64,000 nucleotides of DNA from Bacteroidota bacterium (lineage in GTDB: Bacteria; Bacteroidota; Ignavibacteria; UBA10030; SZUA-254). The position numbers and the translations under genes are program-made. The stretch lies in NCBI GenBank assembly GCA_035518715.1, contig DATIXJ010000017.1:420-64419 (forward strand). The letters are read 5' to 3'. Below are positions 36,771-46,606 of the stretch, one piece after another (position 1 is the first letter of the stretch; every line of letters begins with the position of its first letter). A model generated the notes under the pieces. That model did not search any database, had not been told where the DNA came from, and was given only the letters and a program-made list of their open reading frames with translations.

Positions 36771-37856
36771 TTACTTCGGAACGCGCAGGAGTGTGTAAAT
36801 TCCTGCCGCGAGAAAGAGGATGTTCGCCAGCCATGCCGTGAGGAGCGGATCAAGATCCCCGTTATAACCGAACGCCTGGCTGATCTGCAGAAAAATGATG
36901 TAGAGGAAACAAATGCCGATTGCGATGGCGAACTCGATCCCGAGCCCGCTCCGGCGCTTCACGGATGAGAACGGCACGCCGAATAGGACGACGATAACGC
37001 TGGCAAACGGGAAGGCGATCTTGCCATAGAAATCGACGAGCCACCTGGACACCTCATGTCCCGCACGCTGCTGGTTGTCGATGAACTGCTTCAGGTCTGT
37101 ATAGTCCATTTCTTCCGGTTTTTCCTGCTTCTTCCGTATATCCTCCGGTGAAAAATTCAGCTTGCCGATCGAAAGGAAGGGGAATTTCGTAATGGTCTCG
37201 TGTTCACCCTGAAAGGTCCGCTCGACTCCGTTGATCAGCTTCCACGTATTCAGCACCGGGTTCCATTCCATCTGATCCGCATCGTACCGGTCAACGAGTC
37301 GTGTGGGATTGAGGGAATCAAAATCCTGTATGCTTACCTGGAGTGCCATGTTCCGTGGTTCATCAAATAACCCGATCGACAGGATGCGCGTTCGTGAATC
37401 CTGTATGAAGATGTTGTTCCGCGAGACATACTCGATATCTTTTTGAAAATAGATGCGTCCGATCTCGTACTTCTTCTTGTTCGCAAACGGAACGACCCAG
37501 CCGTTGAAATAGATCGATCCCAAACTTACCAGCAGTGCAAATATGAGGAGGGGAGCCATGAACCGGTATAGGGAGACGCCGCCGGATTTCAACGCGCTCA
37601 GCTCGTTGTATGTGGAGAGGCGTCCCGTGGTGAACAATGCCGACATGAGCATCGCCATCGGTATCATCAGTTTGATAATTTCCGGAATGAAGTAGAGGTA
37701 ATACGTGGCGATCATTCCCACCGAGGCATGCTTGTCGAGAAAGTCATCGAGATTGTCCATCATGTTCACGGCGACGAAGATGATGGTGAAGATGACCAGC
37801 GAATAGACCATGGTCATGACGAACTGCCGGAGGACGTATCGATCGATCCTGGTCAT
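36771..37856 (-). CDS. LPS export ABC permease, LptF/LptG family
   Basis: MTRIDRYVLRQFVMT matches the YjgP/YjgQ N-terminal signature; ATG = complement of 37854-37856, just after the upstream stop at 37861. Six TM segments with a large periplasmic loop. Confidence 0.8.
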   Translation of the reverse strand: MTRIDRYVLRQFVMTMVYSLVIFTIIFVAVNMMDNLDDFLDKHASVGMIATYYLYFIPEIIKLMIPMAMLMSALFTTGRLSTYNELSALKSGGVSLYRFMAPLLIFALLVSLGSIYFNGWVVPFANKKKYEIGRIYFQKDIEYVSRNNIFIQDSRTRILSIGLFDEPRNMALQVSIQDFDSLNPTRLVDRYDADQMEWNPVLNTWKLINGVERTFQGEHETITKFPFLSIGKLNFSPEDIRKKQEKPEEMDYTDLKQFIDNQQRAGHEVSRWLVDFYGKIAFPFASVIVVLFGVPFSSVKRRSGLGIEFAIAIGICFLYIIFLQISQAFGYNGDLDPLLTAWLANILFLAAGIYTLLRVPK

Positions 37857-37860
37857 GGGG

Positions 37861-39246
37861 TCATACTGTCGTCTGCGCGTTTCCTTCCGGCGGTCTGAGC
37901 CATTTCGGAAGGAATTTCCTGAAGAATGCCCATGGTATGGTTGGGGTTTCACGTCCCATCCGTATTGTCAGATACAACCCGAGAACGCTGAGGAAGATGT
38001 TCGCCGCCCACATGCCGAACCAGGGGCTGATGTATCCGCGGTCGGCGAGTTTTTCTCCGCCGATCAGCGATGCCCAGTAAATGACGAAGAAGCCAAGACT
38101 AAGCGAAGCCGCGACGCCGAAAGTGCCGCGTCGGGCGACAATCCCAAGCGGTGCTCCGATGAACACGAAGACGAGGCATGCCGCCGGTATGGAATATTTC
38201 TTGTTGATCTCGACAAGATACGAATCGATTCGCTTCTGATTATAATCGATGAACGAAAGTCCGTTGTTGATCGTTGCCTGCATCATGCGCTCGGTAGCGA
38301 GCGCCATACCGATTGCCCGGAGCCGCGTCGTCGGGGCGGTCTGGAGCGAGTGGGGGATCCGCGGATCGAACAACATGTTTCCGACGATCGGCGATGCTGA
38401 CTGGAAGATCTTCACACTTGCGTCGCGGTCCTGCTCTTCGAGGATACGGACACTGTCCTGCATTGCCTGTGCGCTCAGTTCCCGATCACCGCGATCGATG
38501 CTGTTTTCTCCCGTCCGCTCGAAGTCGAATCCTTCAGCACTCATGATGATCCGGTGGCGAGTGAAGTTCATCCTGCGGTACAAGTCCCTGTCGTGAACGC
38601 CGACTTGATGTATTTCGCCGTCGAAGAGATCCATGATGAGCTTACGGTAATCCGGTGTAAATGAAACTTTTCCGCGCTGGGCTGTGACTACGACGTCGGT
38701 CGTCGGATCGGTGTAATCATAAATCGTGACGCCTTCCAGATCGTTCGAATTCTCGAACGTCTTGCGGACGATAATGCTGTATCCCTGTATGTCCTGAGAA
38801 AAGAGCCCGGGCAGAAGCGTGAGCGTCGGCTTCGTGCGCCGAATATCGATCATGAGCACCTTGAACCGGTGGTTTGCTTCGGGAAGGACGTCATTGTTGA
38901 AGAGGAGGACGAGATACGTCACCGCAAGCGAAGCAAGAATCACGGGCGCCATCATGCGGTAGAGACTCACGCCGCTCGCCTTCATGCTGGTAATTTCATT
39001 TTGCGACGAGAGTTTTCCGAACGCCATAAGAGTGGCAACCAGGACCGCCATCGGTACCGCGAGAACGACCATCCATGATAGGCTTAACGCAAGAAGCTCC
39101 GCGATGACCCACGCACTAAGGCCTTTTCCGACAAGCTGATCGACCGCGCGCATGAGAAACTGGAGAAGAAAGATGAAAACCAGAGTCAGGAAGGAAAAAA
39201 AGAACGGGCCGACATGCGTCCGGAGGATGTAGAGAGACAGCTTCAT
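37861..39246 (-). CDS. LPS export ABC permease, LptF/LptG family
   Basis: MKLSLYILRTHVGPFFFSFLTLVFIFLLQFL is a YjgP/YjgQ-type N-terminus. 461 aa, adjacent to its paralogue. Confidence 0.8.
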   Translation of the reverse strand: MKLSLYILRTHVGPFFFSFLTLVFIFLLQFLMRAVDQLVGKGLSAWVIAELLALSLSWMVVLAVPMAVLVATLMAFGKLSSQNEITSMKASGVSLYRMMAPVILASLAVTYLVLLFNNDVLPEANHRFKVLMIDIRRTKPTLTLLPGLFSQDIQGYSIIVRKTFENSNDLEGVTIYDYTDPTTDVVVTAQRGKVSFTPDYRKLIMDLFDGEIHQVGVHDRDLYRRMNFTRHRIIMSAEGFDFERTGENSIDRGDRELSAQAMQDSVRILEEQDRDASVKIFQSASPIVGNMLFDPRIPHSLQTAPTTRLRAIGMALATERMMQATINNGLSFIDYNQKRIDSYLVEINKKYSIPAACLVFVFIGAPLGIVARRGTFGVAASLSLGFFVIYWASLIGGEKLADRGYISPWFGMWAANIFLSVLGLYLTIRMGRETPTIPWAFFRKFLPKWLRPPEGNAQTTV

Positions 39247-39549
39247 AGGGGTGCAATATATGCCGAATTCGACTATTTCACAAACGTTTTTCGGTTCTCA
39301 GAAGATGGTGGAATGAGCATCCCCGGAAAAATATGCCTGTGCGACTTTCGTTTTCACCATTTTCCCGTTCTTGGTGTGCGAAAGCACCATCTGTTTGCAA
39401 TTCATAATGGTTTTTCATACTTTTTACACAGCGGTTTCGTTCGGCTGAAACCAAAATTTTTTTAACCCTCGAAAGGAGCAATTCGTATAGGTTCTTGAGA
39501 TCGGTTCTGCAGTTGCCGGCCCTGAAGTTTCACACAATCATTCCGGCAG

Positions 39550-42500
39550 TTGCACTTTGATTCGAAAAACAAGATCGCTATAGAATTGACTCGCTTCCGC
39601 GCATACAGATGCTGTGGCGCGCTGGTACTCGCACTCCATTGGGCGACGATACTCGCGTCGATCGCTCTCTTTTCCGTCTCTGCTCAAGCCCAGACCTCCA
39701 GTTCCCCTGCGGATTCCCTTGCTCGTCTCGATAGTCTCCGTCGTATAGGTCAGCTTCCTGCGGCAGACACGACCGGTCGACTCCGAGCCGGCTTTCCCGA
39801 TACCGGCAAGACCGCGTTAAGTGATACCATCAAGATCGATACCACACAGCACTGGGTGGTCTATCTCGACTCGACGGCACGCATGAAAGAGTTCGTCCAC
39901 ACGCGCGATGATCTTCCCGTCGTCGAATTGTTCCCGCATCATACGTATAGTCTCTACCTTCGTGCAACGCCGATGGTCTACCAGCGATCGGTCGATCTGG
40001 ATACGACCGGGACGTATGTGGCCGTGCATGAAATGGTGAACACCGTCGACGTCAAGGTCCCGCTCCGCATTCCGCTGGACGAGTACATCCATCAACGCTC
40101 CGCCGAAGAGGTGCGAAATACCTGGCGGGCACTTGCCGGGAATTACGTCATGCGCCAGAACCGCGACGAGCTCGGCGGATTGCTCGGTAACTTCACCAAT
40201 ATTTCCATTCCGGTTCCGTCGAATCCTTTGTTCAGCAATATCTTCGGAGGCAAAGAAGTTCATCTCAACATCTCCGGCGGTGTCGATATTCAGGGGGCGT
40301 TCCGGAGCCAGTCTACGGATCAGTCGACCATTTCCTCCCTGGACCGGTCCAGTACCGAACCTAATTTCAAACAGGATGTTCAGGTCAGCGTGAACGGCAC
40401 CATCGGGGATAAATTGAATATCCTCGCGGACTGGAATACGACCCGGACATTCGACTATGAGAACCAGCTGAAGATCAAATACACCGGATATGACGACGAA
40501 GTCATACAGAGTATTGAGGCGGGAAACGTCTCGCTCCAGACACCGTCGCTAGTCGGCGGCGGCCAGGCACTCTTCGGCATCAAGGGGAAACTGCAGTTCG
40601 GCCCCCTGGCTCTGACGGCACTCGTTTCCCAGAAGAAAGGGCAGACAAAGGAGTTCAATGTTTCCGGCGGGGCCACTTCGACCGATATACAGATTTTCCC
40701 GCAAAATTACAGTACCAACCACTTCTTCATTGACAAAAGATACGCAGCATATTTCGAACAGCTTCGCAGTGCCGTCGTACCCGTATTGTCCTCGGACATG
40801 CTTGCAAACCAGATCATACAGATCAACGTCTACACAACGATTCAGAATGCAACGGCTCTGGTGAATGGCAACGTCTCGGTTGGCCGCGCGTACAGCGATC
40901 TCCCGCCACTGACTGCCACACAAAACGGTTACAGACAAACGGATCTTCCTCCGGGGACGGCGCCAGGTACATTCGAGCCGGGTCAATTTGTCCGGCTCAC
41001 CGTTAACAAGGACTACACGGTTGATCAGTACGGCGGTTTTATCAACCTGAATGTGAGCATTGCAGACAATCAGGTCGTTGCGGTGCAATACGTACTTGCC
41101 GGGTCGAACAATAAGCCGGAGACGTGTGGAGGGTTCTTCGTCGACAGTACGGGGAAAACAACGGATACGTTGATTCTCAAACTGCTCAAGCCGCAGTATC
41201 TCTCTTCCAATCCAAGCTATCCGGAATGGAACCTGATGATGAAGAATTTCTACCATCTTGGCGTTACCAATGTCAAGAGTGCGGGATTCAGTCTGGATAT
41301 TTATCGCCGTGTACCGGGCTCTGCGGATGTGGACCAGCTCCAGGGGAAACCCCTGCTCCAGGCGTTCGGCTTCGACCGGTTTGACGCGAACAATCAGCCC
41401 AATCCCGACAACCAGTTTGATTTCATCCCGAACCTGACGATTGATGTGGATCATGGCGAGCTGATATTCCCGACACTTCGGCCGTTCGATTCAGCGCTTA
41501 TCCGCTATTACTCCCGGTTGAACCCGCCCGTCGTCACGCCGGATTCCCTCCTGATCCCTCAGGTGTATGACACGACGTATACAGCGGCGACGGTAGCGCT
41601 GGGGAATCTCTACTATATCAAGGCAAAAGCATCGGGCTCGCAAACGAGCAGATTCAACCTGGGTTTTAATATCGTTGAGGGGAGCGTAGTGGTACTCTAC
41701 AACGGGGTGCCCATGACGCCGAACGTCGATTACACCGTCGACTATATCGTGGGAGAGGTGGTTATCCGGAAACCGGAAGCGCTCCTTCCCGGGGCGAACG
41801 TGCAGGTGAAATACGAGCAGAACGATCTTTTCGAGATCGCCTCCAAAACACTGATGGGCGTGCGAGGTGAGCTCGATATGTTTCCCAACACGACTCTTGG
41901 CTTCACCGCCATGAGACTCAATCAGGCGACACTGAGCGATAAGGTGCGACTGGACGAAGAGCCGACGGATAACTCGGTGCTGGGAGCGGATTTTTCCACT
42001 GGATTCAACCTTCCGTTCCTGACTTCGGCGATTGACGCACTGCCGTTTATCCGGACCAAGGAGATGTCATCGATACGCTTCAACAGCGAGATGGCGTACA
42101 TGATCCCGAATGCCAATACCAAGACGAGCACGATTCCGGGAGACAATGGCCAGAGCGTTGCCTATATCGACGACTTTGAAGGCGCACTCAAGACCATTCC
42201 GCTTCCGGTAAGTTATATCGGATGGTCTCCTTCAAGCGGTCCCGAACAGGATTCCCTCACCCAGTCGGGCTCGGATTCGCTCCGCAACTACACCCGGGCA
42301 ACGCTCAACTGGTACAACGTCCTTCCCACCGACGTCTTCACACAACAAATCTGGCCGAACCGCCAGACTCGTTCGGGGCAGAACCAGGTGACGGTTCTGA
42401 ATCTTGATTTCGATCCGAACAGGAGAGGTGTCTACAACTTCTCGCCGAACGTCGATTCGACGCTGCACCGAAAGCAAATACGGGGTTATCCGAACTCCGG

Positions 42501-45500
42501 GAAATTCGATACCGCTTCCGCCCGTGAACGCAACTGGAACGGCGTGATGCGGTATATCGGGGCGAGCGCCGGAAGCCTGCTCGAACAAAATATTACGACT
42601 CTCGAATTATGGGTGAAAGCGGAACCCGATGATCCGAATGATCTGAAAGACGGCAGACTATATTTCGATCTGGGGAGAATCACCGAAGCGGTAATTCCGT
42701 TCCCTCCCCATAAGCTCTATTCGGAGGATATGGTCCAGACCCCCTCGAACCCGCAGGGAATTCCGAATGGCGTTCTCAACTACGCCGATGGCGAAGATGT
42801 CGGTCTCGACATGCTTTCCGATCCGCAGGAAGCGGTTACGTACGCGGACTTCCTGAAACAGAACAGGGGTGATCCCGATGTGGATCCGGGTGATCCGTCC
42901 GGTGATGACTGGACGCCGTACAATAACGGCACGAACCTCACCAAGTTCAACGGAACCGAGGGTAACCATGCCGATCCCGCCGGCCTGCTTCCGAATACCG
43001 AGGATCTTAACGGCAATGCGTCTCTTGATGAAGACGATGAATATGCCGAATATGCTCTGACACTTGATACCACGGGGAATCCCTACCATGTCGGCGGACA
43101 GGGCGGATGGTATCAATACAAAATTCCGCTGCTGCTGCCTCAGCATACATTCCCGAACAGCGAAACGGTCACCTCGATACTCCAGAATGTCCAGTACTTC
43201 CGTGTCTGGATTTCCGGGTTTGCGAGCCCCGTGAGGATCCGCATCGCGGAGATGAATATTATCGGCAACCAATGGACGCCGGTGCGGCAAAACGATTCAG
43301 TCCTGCAGGTCTCTGCCGTCAATATCGAAGATAATCCCGATTATGCGGATGAGTGGGGACAGATGGGCATTATCCGTGAGCTCGACCGCACTGACCCGAG
43401 TCAGGTCATTGCAGGAAACGAGCAGTCGCTCGCGCTCCTCCTCACGGATCTCCCGTTCGACTCAGCCCGCGAAGCGACAAAATATTTTACCGTTCGTCCG
43501 CTGGATCTCTTCAATTATTCAACGCTGAAGATGTTCGTTCATGGAGACCACACCTGGACGTATCTTTCCGAAGGAGAGCACGATGCGGAGATCTATCTCC
43601 GGTTCGGAACCGATTCACTCAACTATTATGAATACCGGGAACCAATTCATCAGGGTTGGAATGTCGGATTCAATGACATCACGGTTGAATTCGAAAAATT
43701 GACTGCTCTGAAAACAGCACGGGATTCGATCAATCAATACAAATCTGAAACTGTGATCGGTGGACCGCCGGGTGCGGTTTATGGCGTGAAGGGCAATCCG
43801 TCACTGCGCCAGGTCTATCAGATTACGATCGGAATCATCAATACCGGAAGGAGTCCGACCCTGACGGGTCAGGTCTGGGTGAATGAGCTTCGGGTAGTGG
43901 GGGTGGATAACTCCCATGGCCTGGCATACAAAATGGACACGCAGATCAAGCTGGCGGATTTTGGAAGTGTCTCGGCGAACATCACGAGCACCGATCCGTA
44001 TTTTCATGCCCTTGATCAGAGGTTTGGTTCGCAGACATCGACGATCAACTGGTCGGTGAATGCGAGCGCATCGCTGGACAAGTTCTTTTCGCCCGACTGG
44101 CAGGGGACCTCGATCCCCATCGGTTATTCACACACGGAACAGCTCATCAAGCCGAGATATCTTCCGAACTCGGATGTCGTGGTGACCTCTGCCGCGGCGC
44201 TGGCGCAACAACGCGCGCTCGATTCCGCCAAAACATCCCAGCAGGCATCACAAATCGGCAATGATCTGATCACATCGTCGCAGACGCTGAGCGTCCAGAA
44301 CAGCTATTCGCTCTCGAATCTCCGGATTGTTTTCCCAACACAGGCATGGTATATCCGGGATACGTTCAGCAAGCTTTCGTTTGCCTTCACCTACAATAAT
44401 GCCAAGTACCGCGATCCGACGATCACCGAGCGGAGTTCCTGGCTCTGGAATGTCCGTGTGAATTATGCCGTCAATCTGCCAACGGATTATTACGTCCAGC
44501 CGTTCCATTCACTGTTCAACGGGCTCTTCATTCTGGATGATTTTAAAGACTGGCGGCTGTATTATATGCCGGTGATGAACCTTTCCGGAAGCGCGGGAGG
44601 AGACCGCTCACGGAGTTACCAGATTTCCAGTATTCAGGGTGCCCCTCCGCTCGAAAGCCGTCTGTTTGATGCTTCGAAGTCCGTCGGCTTTGGCTGGAAG
44701 CTCACCGAGGGCGGGCTCACAAATATCTCCGGCGATTACGGGCTTTCGATATCCCGGAATCTCCTTCCTCTCGACAACGACAGCGTCGGTGGACGGAGCT
44801 TTGGAAGTCTGATTCACAATCTCTTTTTCGGCGGAAGAGACGGGCAATATGGTCAGCGCATAACGGTCAACACCAGGCCCAAAATCCCGAACATCCTGGA
44901 TATTCCGAAATACCTTGATGTCAGCGGGACCTATGCGGTGAACTATGCCTGGCAGAATTCTTTCCAGGAGGGTGCCGGCGATCTGTCGAAGAGCGCGGGC
45001 TGGGATAACAACATCAACATGAACTTTACTTTCCGGTTGAAATCACTCATCGATCCTTGGTTTGAGTCATCTGATGAGCCGACACCACCACAGGGTCAGT
45101 ATCAGCCGCCGAGCAAGCAGTCGGACACGACACACAAAGGGGCGCCGGATACATCAAAGGCGGGCGGCTCGGCGAAGAAGCTGCTGCCGCAGCTCAAGTC
45201 GCTTGCCCGTGCGTTCATCAAGGTTCCGTTCCTCGATTACGAGAGTATTGCAATCACCTTCACGCAGACGAACCGGACAGGAAGCGGCGGTGTGCTTGGG
45301 ACGACCGGTTTTCAAAATTTCTGGGGGCGTCTCCCGTTCCAGGGCTCGACCATCGAAAACGGTCCATCGCGCCTCTATCAGCTCGGACTGATCTCTGATC
45401 CGAGCGGGACACTGCAGTTCGCTCCCTCATCCAGCTTCCCGTTCTTTCACTGGAACGTCATTCCAGGGCCTCGTGCAGTCAACGGGAATCTCACCGACCA

Positions 45501-46521
45501 GTTCTCTGAAACCAACAATCTGGCACTGCGCACGACCCGGCCCCTCTGGACGGGAGCCACGCTGGAACTCAATTGGAAAGTCGGCTGGCAGTTCAGTAAG
45601 ACAACGACCATCACGACAGATTCCATCTATGGCATTCCGACCCCCAGTGTGCCCCAGACATCGGGGAGCATTGAACGGTCGTATCTTAGTCTTCCTCCGT
45701 TCCTGTTATTCAAAGTCCTGAAGAGCAACCTGGAAGAGGTCGGCAAACAATACGACCAGGTCGATAAGACACTTCCCCAGGCCGAGCTCAATGCCGCTCT
45801 CGCACAGTCGTTCGAGAAAGGACTCGAAGCGCTCCCGTTCCTGAACAAGGTGTTCGGAGAATATATGCCGCGGGCCAACTGGACGCTGCGGTGGGACGGG
45901 ATCGAGAAGGTTCTCGGCATCAGCTCGATTGTCGATCGGTTGTCACTGGAACATGCCTATTCCTCAACCTTCCATCGCGATTACCGGTCGTATGCCGGAG
46001 TAGGCGAGGAGACCGACGACGAGCGCGTAACGTACGGCTTTGCCCCGCTTGCCGGAATTACGGCATCGTTCAAGGAGCTCTGGAAAGGAACCATGTCCGG
46101 GACGTTCCGCTATAATACCACCACCGCGTATGATCTGAATCTTGCTTCCACGCCGCCCGATATCGTCGAAACGTTTTCTCAGGAAATTTCCTTCTCTCTC
46201 ACTTATTCGCGCAAGGGATTTTCCTTCCCGCTCTTCGGTCTTAATCTCTCGAACGATGTCGACCTCACGATGACATTCTCTCTCACAAAAAATACGCGCC
46301 AGCGGTATGACCCGACGACTCTTTCATCCGATCAGACCGGAGTGCCGCTCGACGGAAGTACGCAGACGAACATGGAACCGAGCATCCGGTACGTGTTAAG
46401 TACGCGCGTGACGGCATCGCTCTACTACAAATACTCCAACACTTCTCCCGCCGCAGGCGGTTCACTGATCTTCGGCACCACTTCGAACGAAGCCGGTGTC
46501 AACATCCATATCTCCATCTAA
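39550..46521 (+). CDS. sprA: T9SS outer-membrane translocon SprA (Sov)
   Basis: 2323-aa ORF. The size and the conserved N-terminal block (NISGGVDIQGAFRSQSTDQ...FKQDVQVSVNGTIGDKLNILADWNTTRTFDYENQLKIKYTGYDDEVIQSIEAGNVS...ALFGIKGKLQFGPL...VSQKKGQ) are typical of SprA. There is no in-frame ATG near the 5-prime end; the candidates are TTG at 39550 or TTG at 39586. The latter gives TRFRAYRCCGALVLALHWATILASIALFSVSAQA, a good signal peptide. Confidence 0.9.
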   Translation: MHFDSKNKIAIELTRFRAYRCCGALVLALHWATILASIALFSVSAQAQTSSSPADSLARLDSLRRIGQLPAADTTGRLRAGFPDTGKTALSDTIKIDTTQHWVVYLDSTARMKEFVHTRDDLPVVELFPHHTYSLYLRATPMVYQRSVDLDTTGTYVAVHEMVNTVDVKVPLRIPLDEYIHQRSAEEVRNTWRALAGNYVMRQNRDELGGLLGNFTNISIPVPSNPLFSNIFGGKEVHLNISGGVDIQGAFRSQSTDQSTISSLDRSSTEPNFKQDVQVSVNGTIGDKLNILADWNTTRTFDYENQLKIKYTGYDDEVIQSIEAGNVSLQTPSLVGGGQALFGIKGKLQFGPLALTALVSQKKGQTKEFNVSGGATSTDIQIFPQNYSTNHFFIDKRYAAYFEQLRSAVVPVLSSDMLANQIIQINVYTTIQNATALVNGNVSVGRAYSDLPPLTATQNGYRQTDLPPGTAPGTFEPGQFVRLTVNKDYTVDQYGGFINLNVSIADNQVVAVQYVLAGSNNKPETCGGFFVDSTGKTTDTLILKLLKPQYLSSNPSYPEWNLMMKNFYHLGVTNVKSAGFSLDIYRRVPGSADVDQLQGKPLLQAFGFDRFDANNQPNPDNQFDFIPNLTIDVDHGELIFPTLRPFDSALIRYYSRLNPPVVTPDSLLIPQVYDTTYTAATVALGNLYYIKAKASGSQTSRFNLGFNIVEGSVVVLYNGVPMTPNVDYTVDYIVGEVVIRKPEALLPGANVQVKYEQNDLFEIASKTLMGVRGELDMFPNTTLGFTAMRLNQATLSDKVRLDEEPTDNSVLGADFSTGFNLPFLTSAIDALPFIRTKEMSSIRFNSEMAYMIPNANTKTSTIPGDNGQSVAYIDDFEGALKTIPLPVSYIGWSPSSGPEQDSLTQSGSDSLRNYTRATLNWYNVLPTDVFTQQIWPNRQTRSGQNQVTVLNLDFDPNRRGVYNFSPNVDSTLHRKQIRGYPNSGKFDTASARERNWNGVMRYIGASAGSLLEQNITTLELWVKAEPDDPNDLKDGRLYFDLGRITEAVIPFPPHKLYSEDMVQTPSNPQGIPNGVLNYADGEDVGLDMLSDPQEAVTYADFLKQNRGDPDVDPGDPSGDDWTPYNNGTNLTKFNGTEGNHADPAGLLPNTEDLNGNASLDEDDEYAEYALTLDTTGNPYHVGGQGGWYQYKIPLLLPQHTFPNSETVTSILQNVQYFRVWISGFASPVRIRIAEMNIIGNQWTPVRQNDSVLQVSAVNIEDNPDYADEWGQMGIIRELDRTDPSQVIAGNEQSLALLLTDLPFDSAREATKYFTVRPLDLFNYSTLKMFVHGDHTWTYLSEGEHDAEIYLRFGTDSLNYYEYREPIHQGWNVGFNDITVEFEKLTALKTARDSINQYKSETVIGGPPGAVYGVKGNPSLRQVYQITIGIINTGRSPTLTGQVWVNELRVVGVDNSHGLAYKMDTQIKLADFGSVSANITSTDPYFHALDQRFGSQTSTINWSVNASASLDKFFSPDWQGTSIPIGYSHTEQLIKPRYLPNSDVVVTSAAALAQQRALDSAKTSQQASQIGNDLITSSQTLSVQNSYSLSNLRIVFPTQAWYIRDTFSKLSFAFTYNNAKYRDPTITERSSWLWNVRVNYAVNLPTDYYVQPFHSLFNGLFILDDFKDWRLYYMPVMNLSGSAGGDRSRSYQISSIQGAPPLESRLFDASKSVGFGWKLTEGGLTNISGDYGLSISRNLLPLDNDSVGGRSFGSLIHNLFFGGRDGQYGQRITVNTRPKIPNILDIPKYLDVSGTYAVNYAWQNSFQEGAGDLSKSAGWDNNINMNFTFRLKSLIDPWFESSDEPTPPQGQYQPPSKQSDTTHKGAPDTSKAGGSAKKLLPQLKSLARAFIKVPFLDYESIAITFTQTNRTGSGGVLGTTGFQNFWGRLPFQGSTIENGPSRLYQLGLISDPSGTLQFAPSSSFPFFHWNVIPGPRAVNGNLTDQFSETNNLALRTTRPLWTGATLELNWKVGWQFSKTTTITTDSIYGIPTPSVPQTSGSIERSYLSLPPFLLFKVLKSNLEEVGKQYDQVDKTLPQAELNAALAQSFEKGLEALPFLNKVFGEYMPRANWTLRWDGIEKVLGISSIVDRLSLEHAYSSTFHRDYRSYAGVGEETDDERVTYGFAPLAGITASFKELWKGTMSGTFRYNTTTAYDLNLASTPPDIVETFSQEISFSLTYSRKGFSFPLFGLNLSNDVDLTMTFSLTKNTRQRYDPTTLSSDQTGVPLDGSTQTNMEPSIRYVLSTRVTASLYYKYSNTSPAAGGSLIFGTTSNEAGVNIHISI

Positions 46522-46606
46522 TCGGGATTTCATCGGATTCCTTGCTAATCCCTTGAAGTAGTACTTTGACTCTCGGCATAGAAATGTTTATTTTTTAGGA
46601 GATTAT

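Noticed and set aside
39247-39549. Small ORFs (83 aa plus, 67 aa minus, and 30-46-aa variants) and a weak hairpin plus T-run (about 39432-39470) in the lpt/sprA divergent spacer
   Set aside because: No family resemblance, no convincing RBS, odd composition, and a hairpin of only about 6 bp. I treat this as a regulatory spacer.
40549-41454. 301-aa minus-strand ORF, plus other 100-210-aa ORFs inside 39550-46521
   Set aside because: They are antisense shadows within sprA. None has a ribosome-binding site or any motif.
46542-46606. Sigma-70-type promoter TTGACT(46566)-17-TATTTT(46589) for porX
   Set aside because: The implied TSS (about 46601) would fall on or after the AGGAG Shine-Dalgarno (46597-46601), so the geometry is implausible. 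porX may be co-transcribed with sprA or use another signal.
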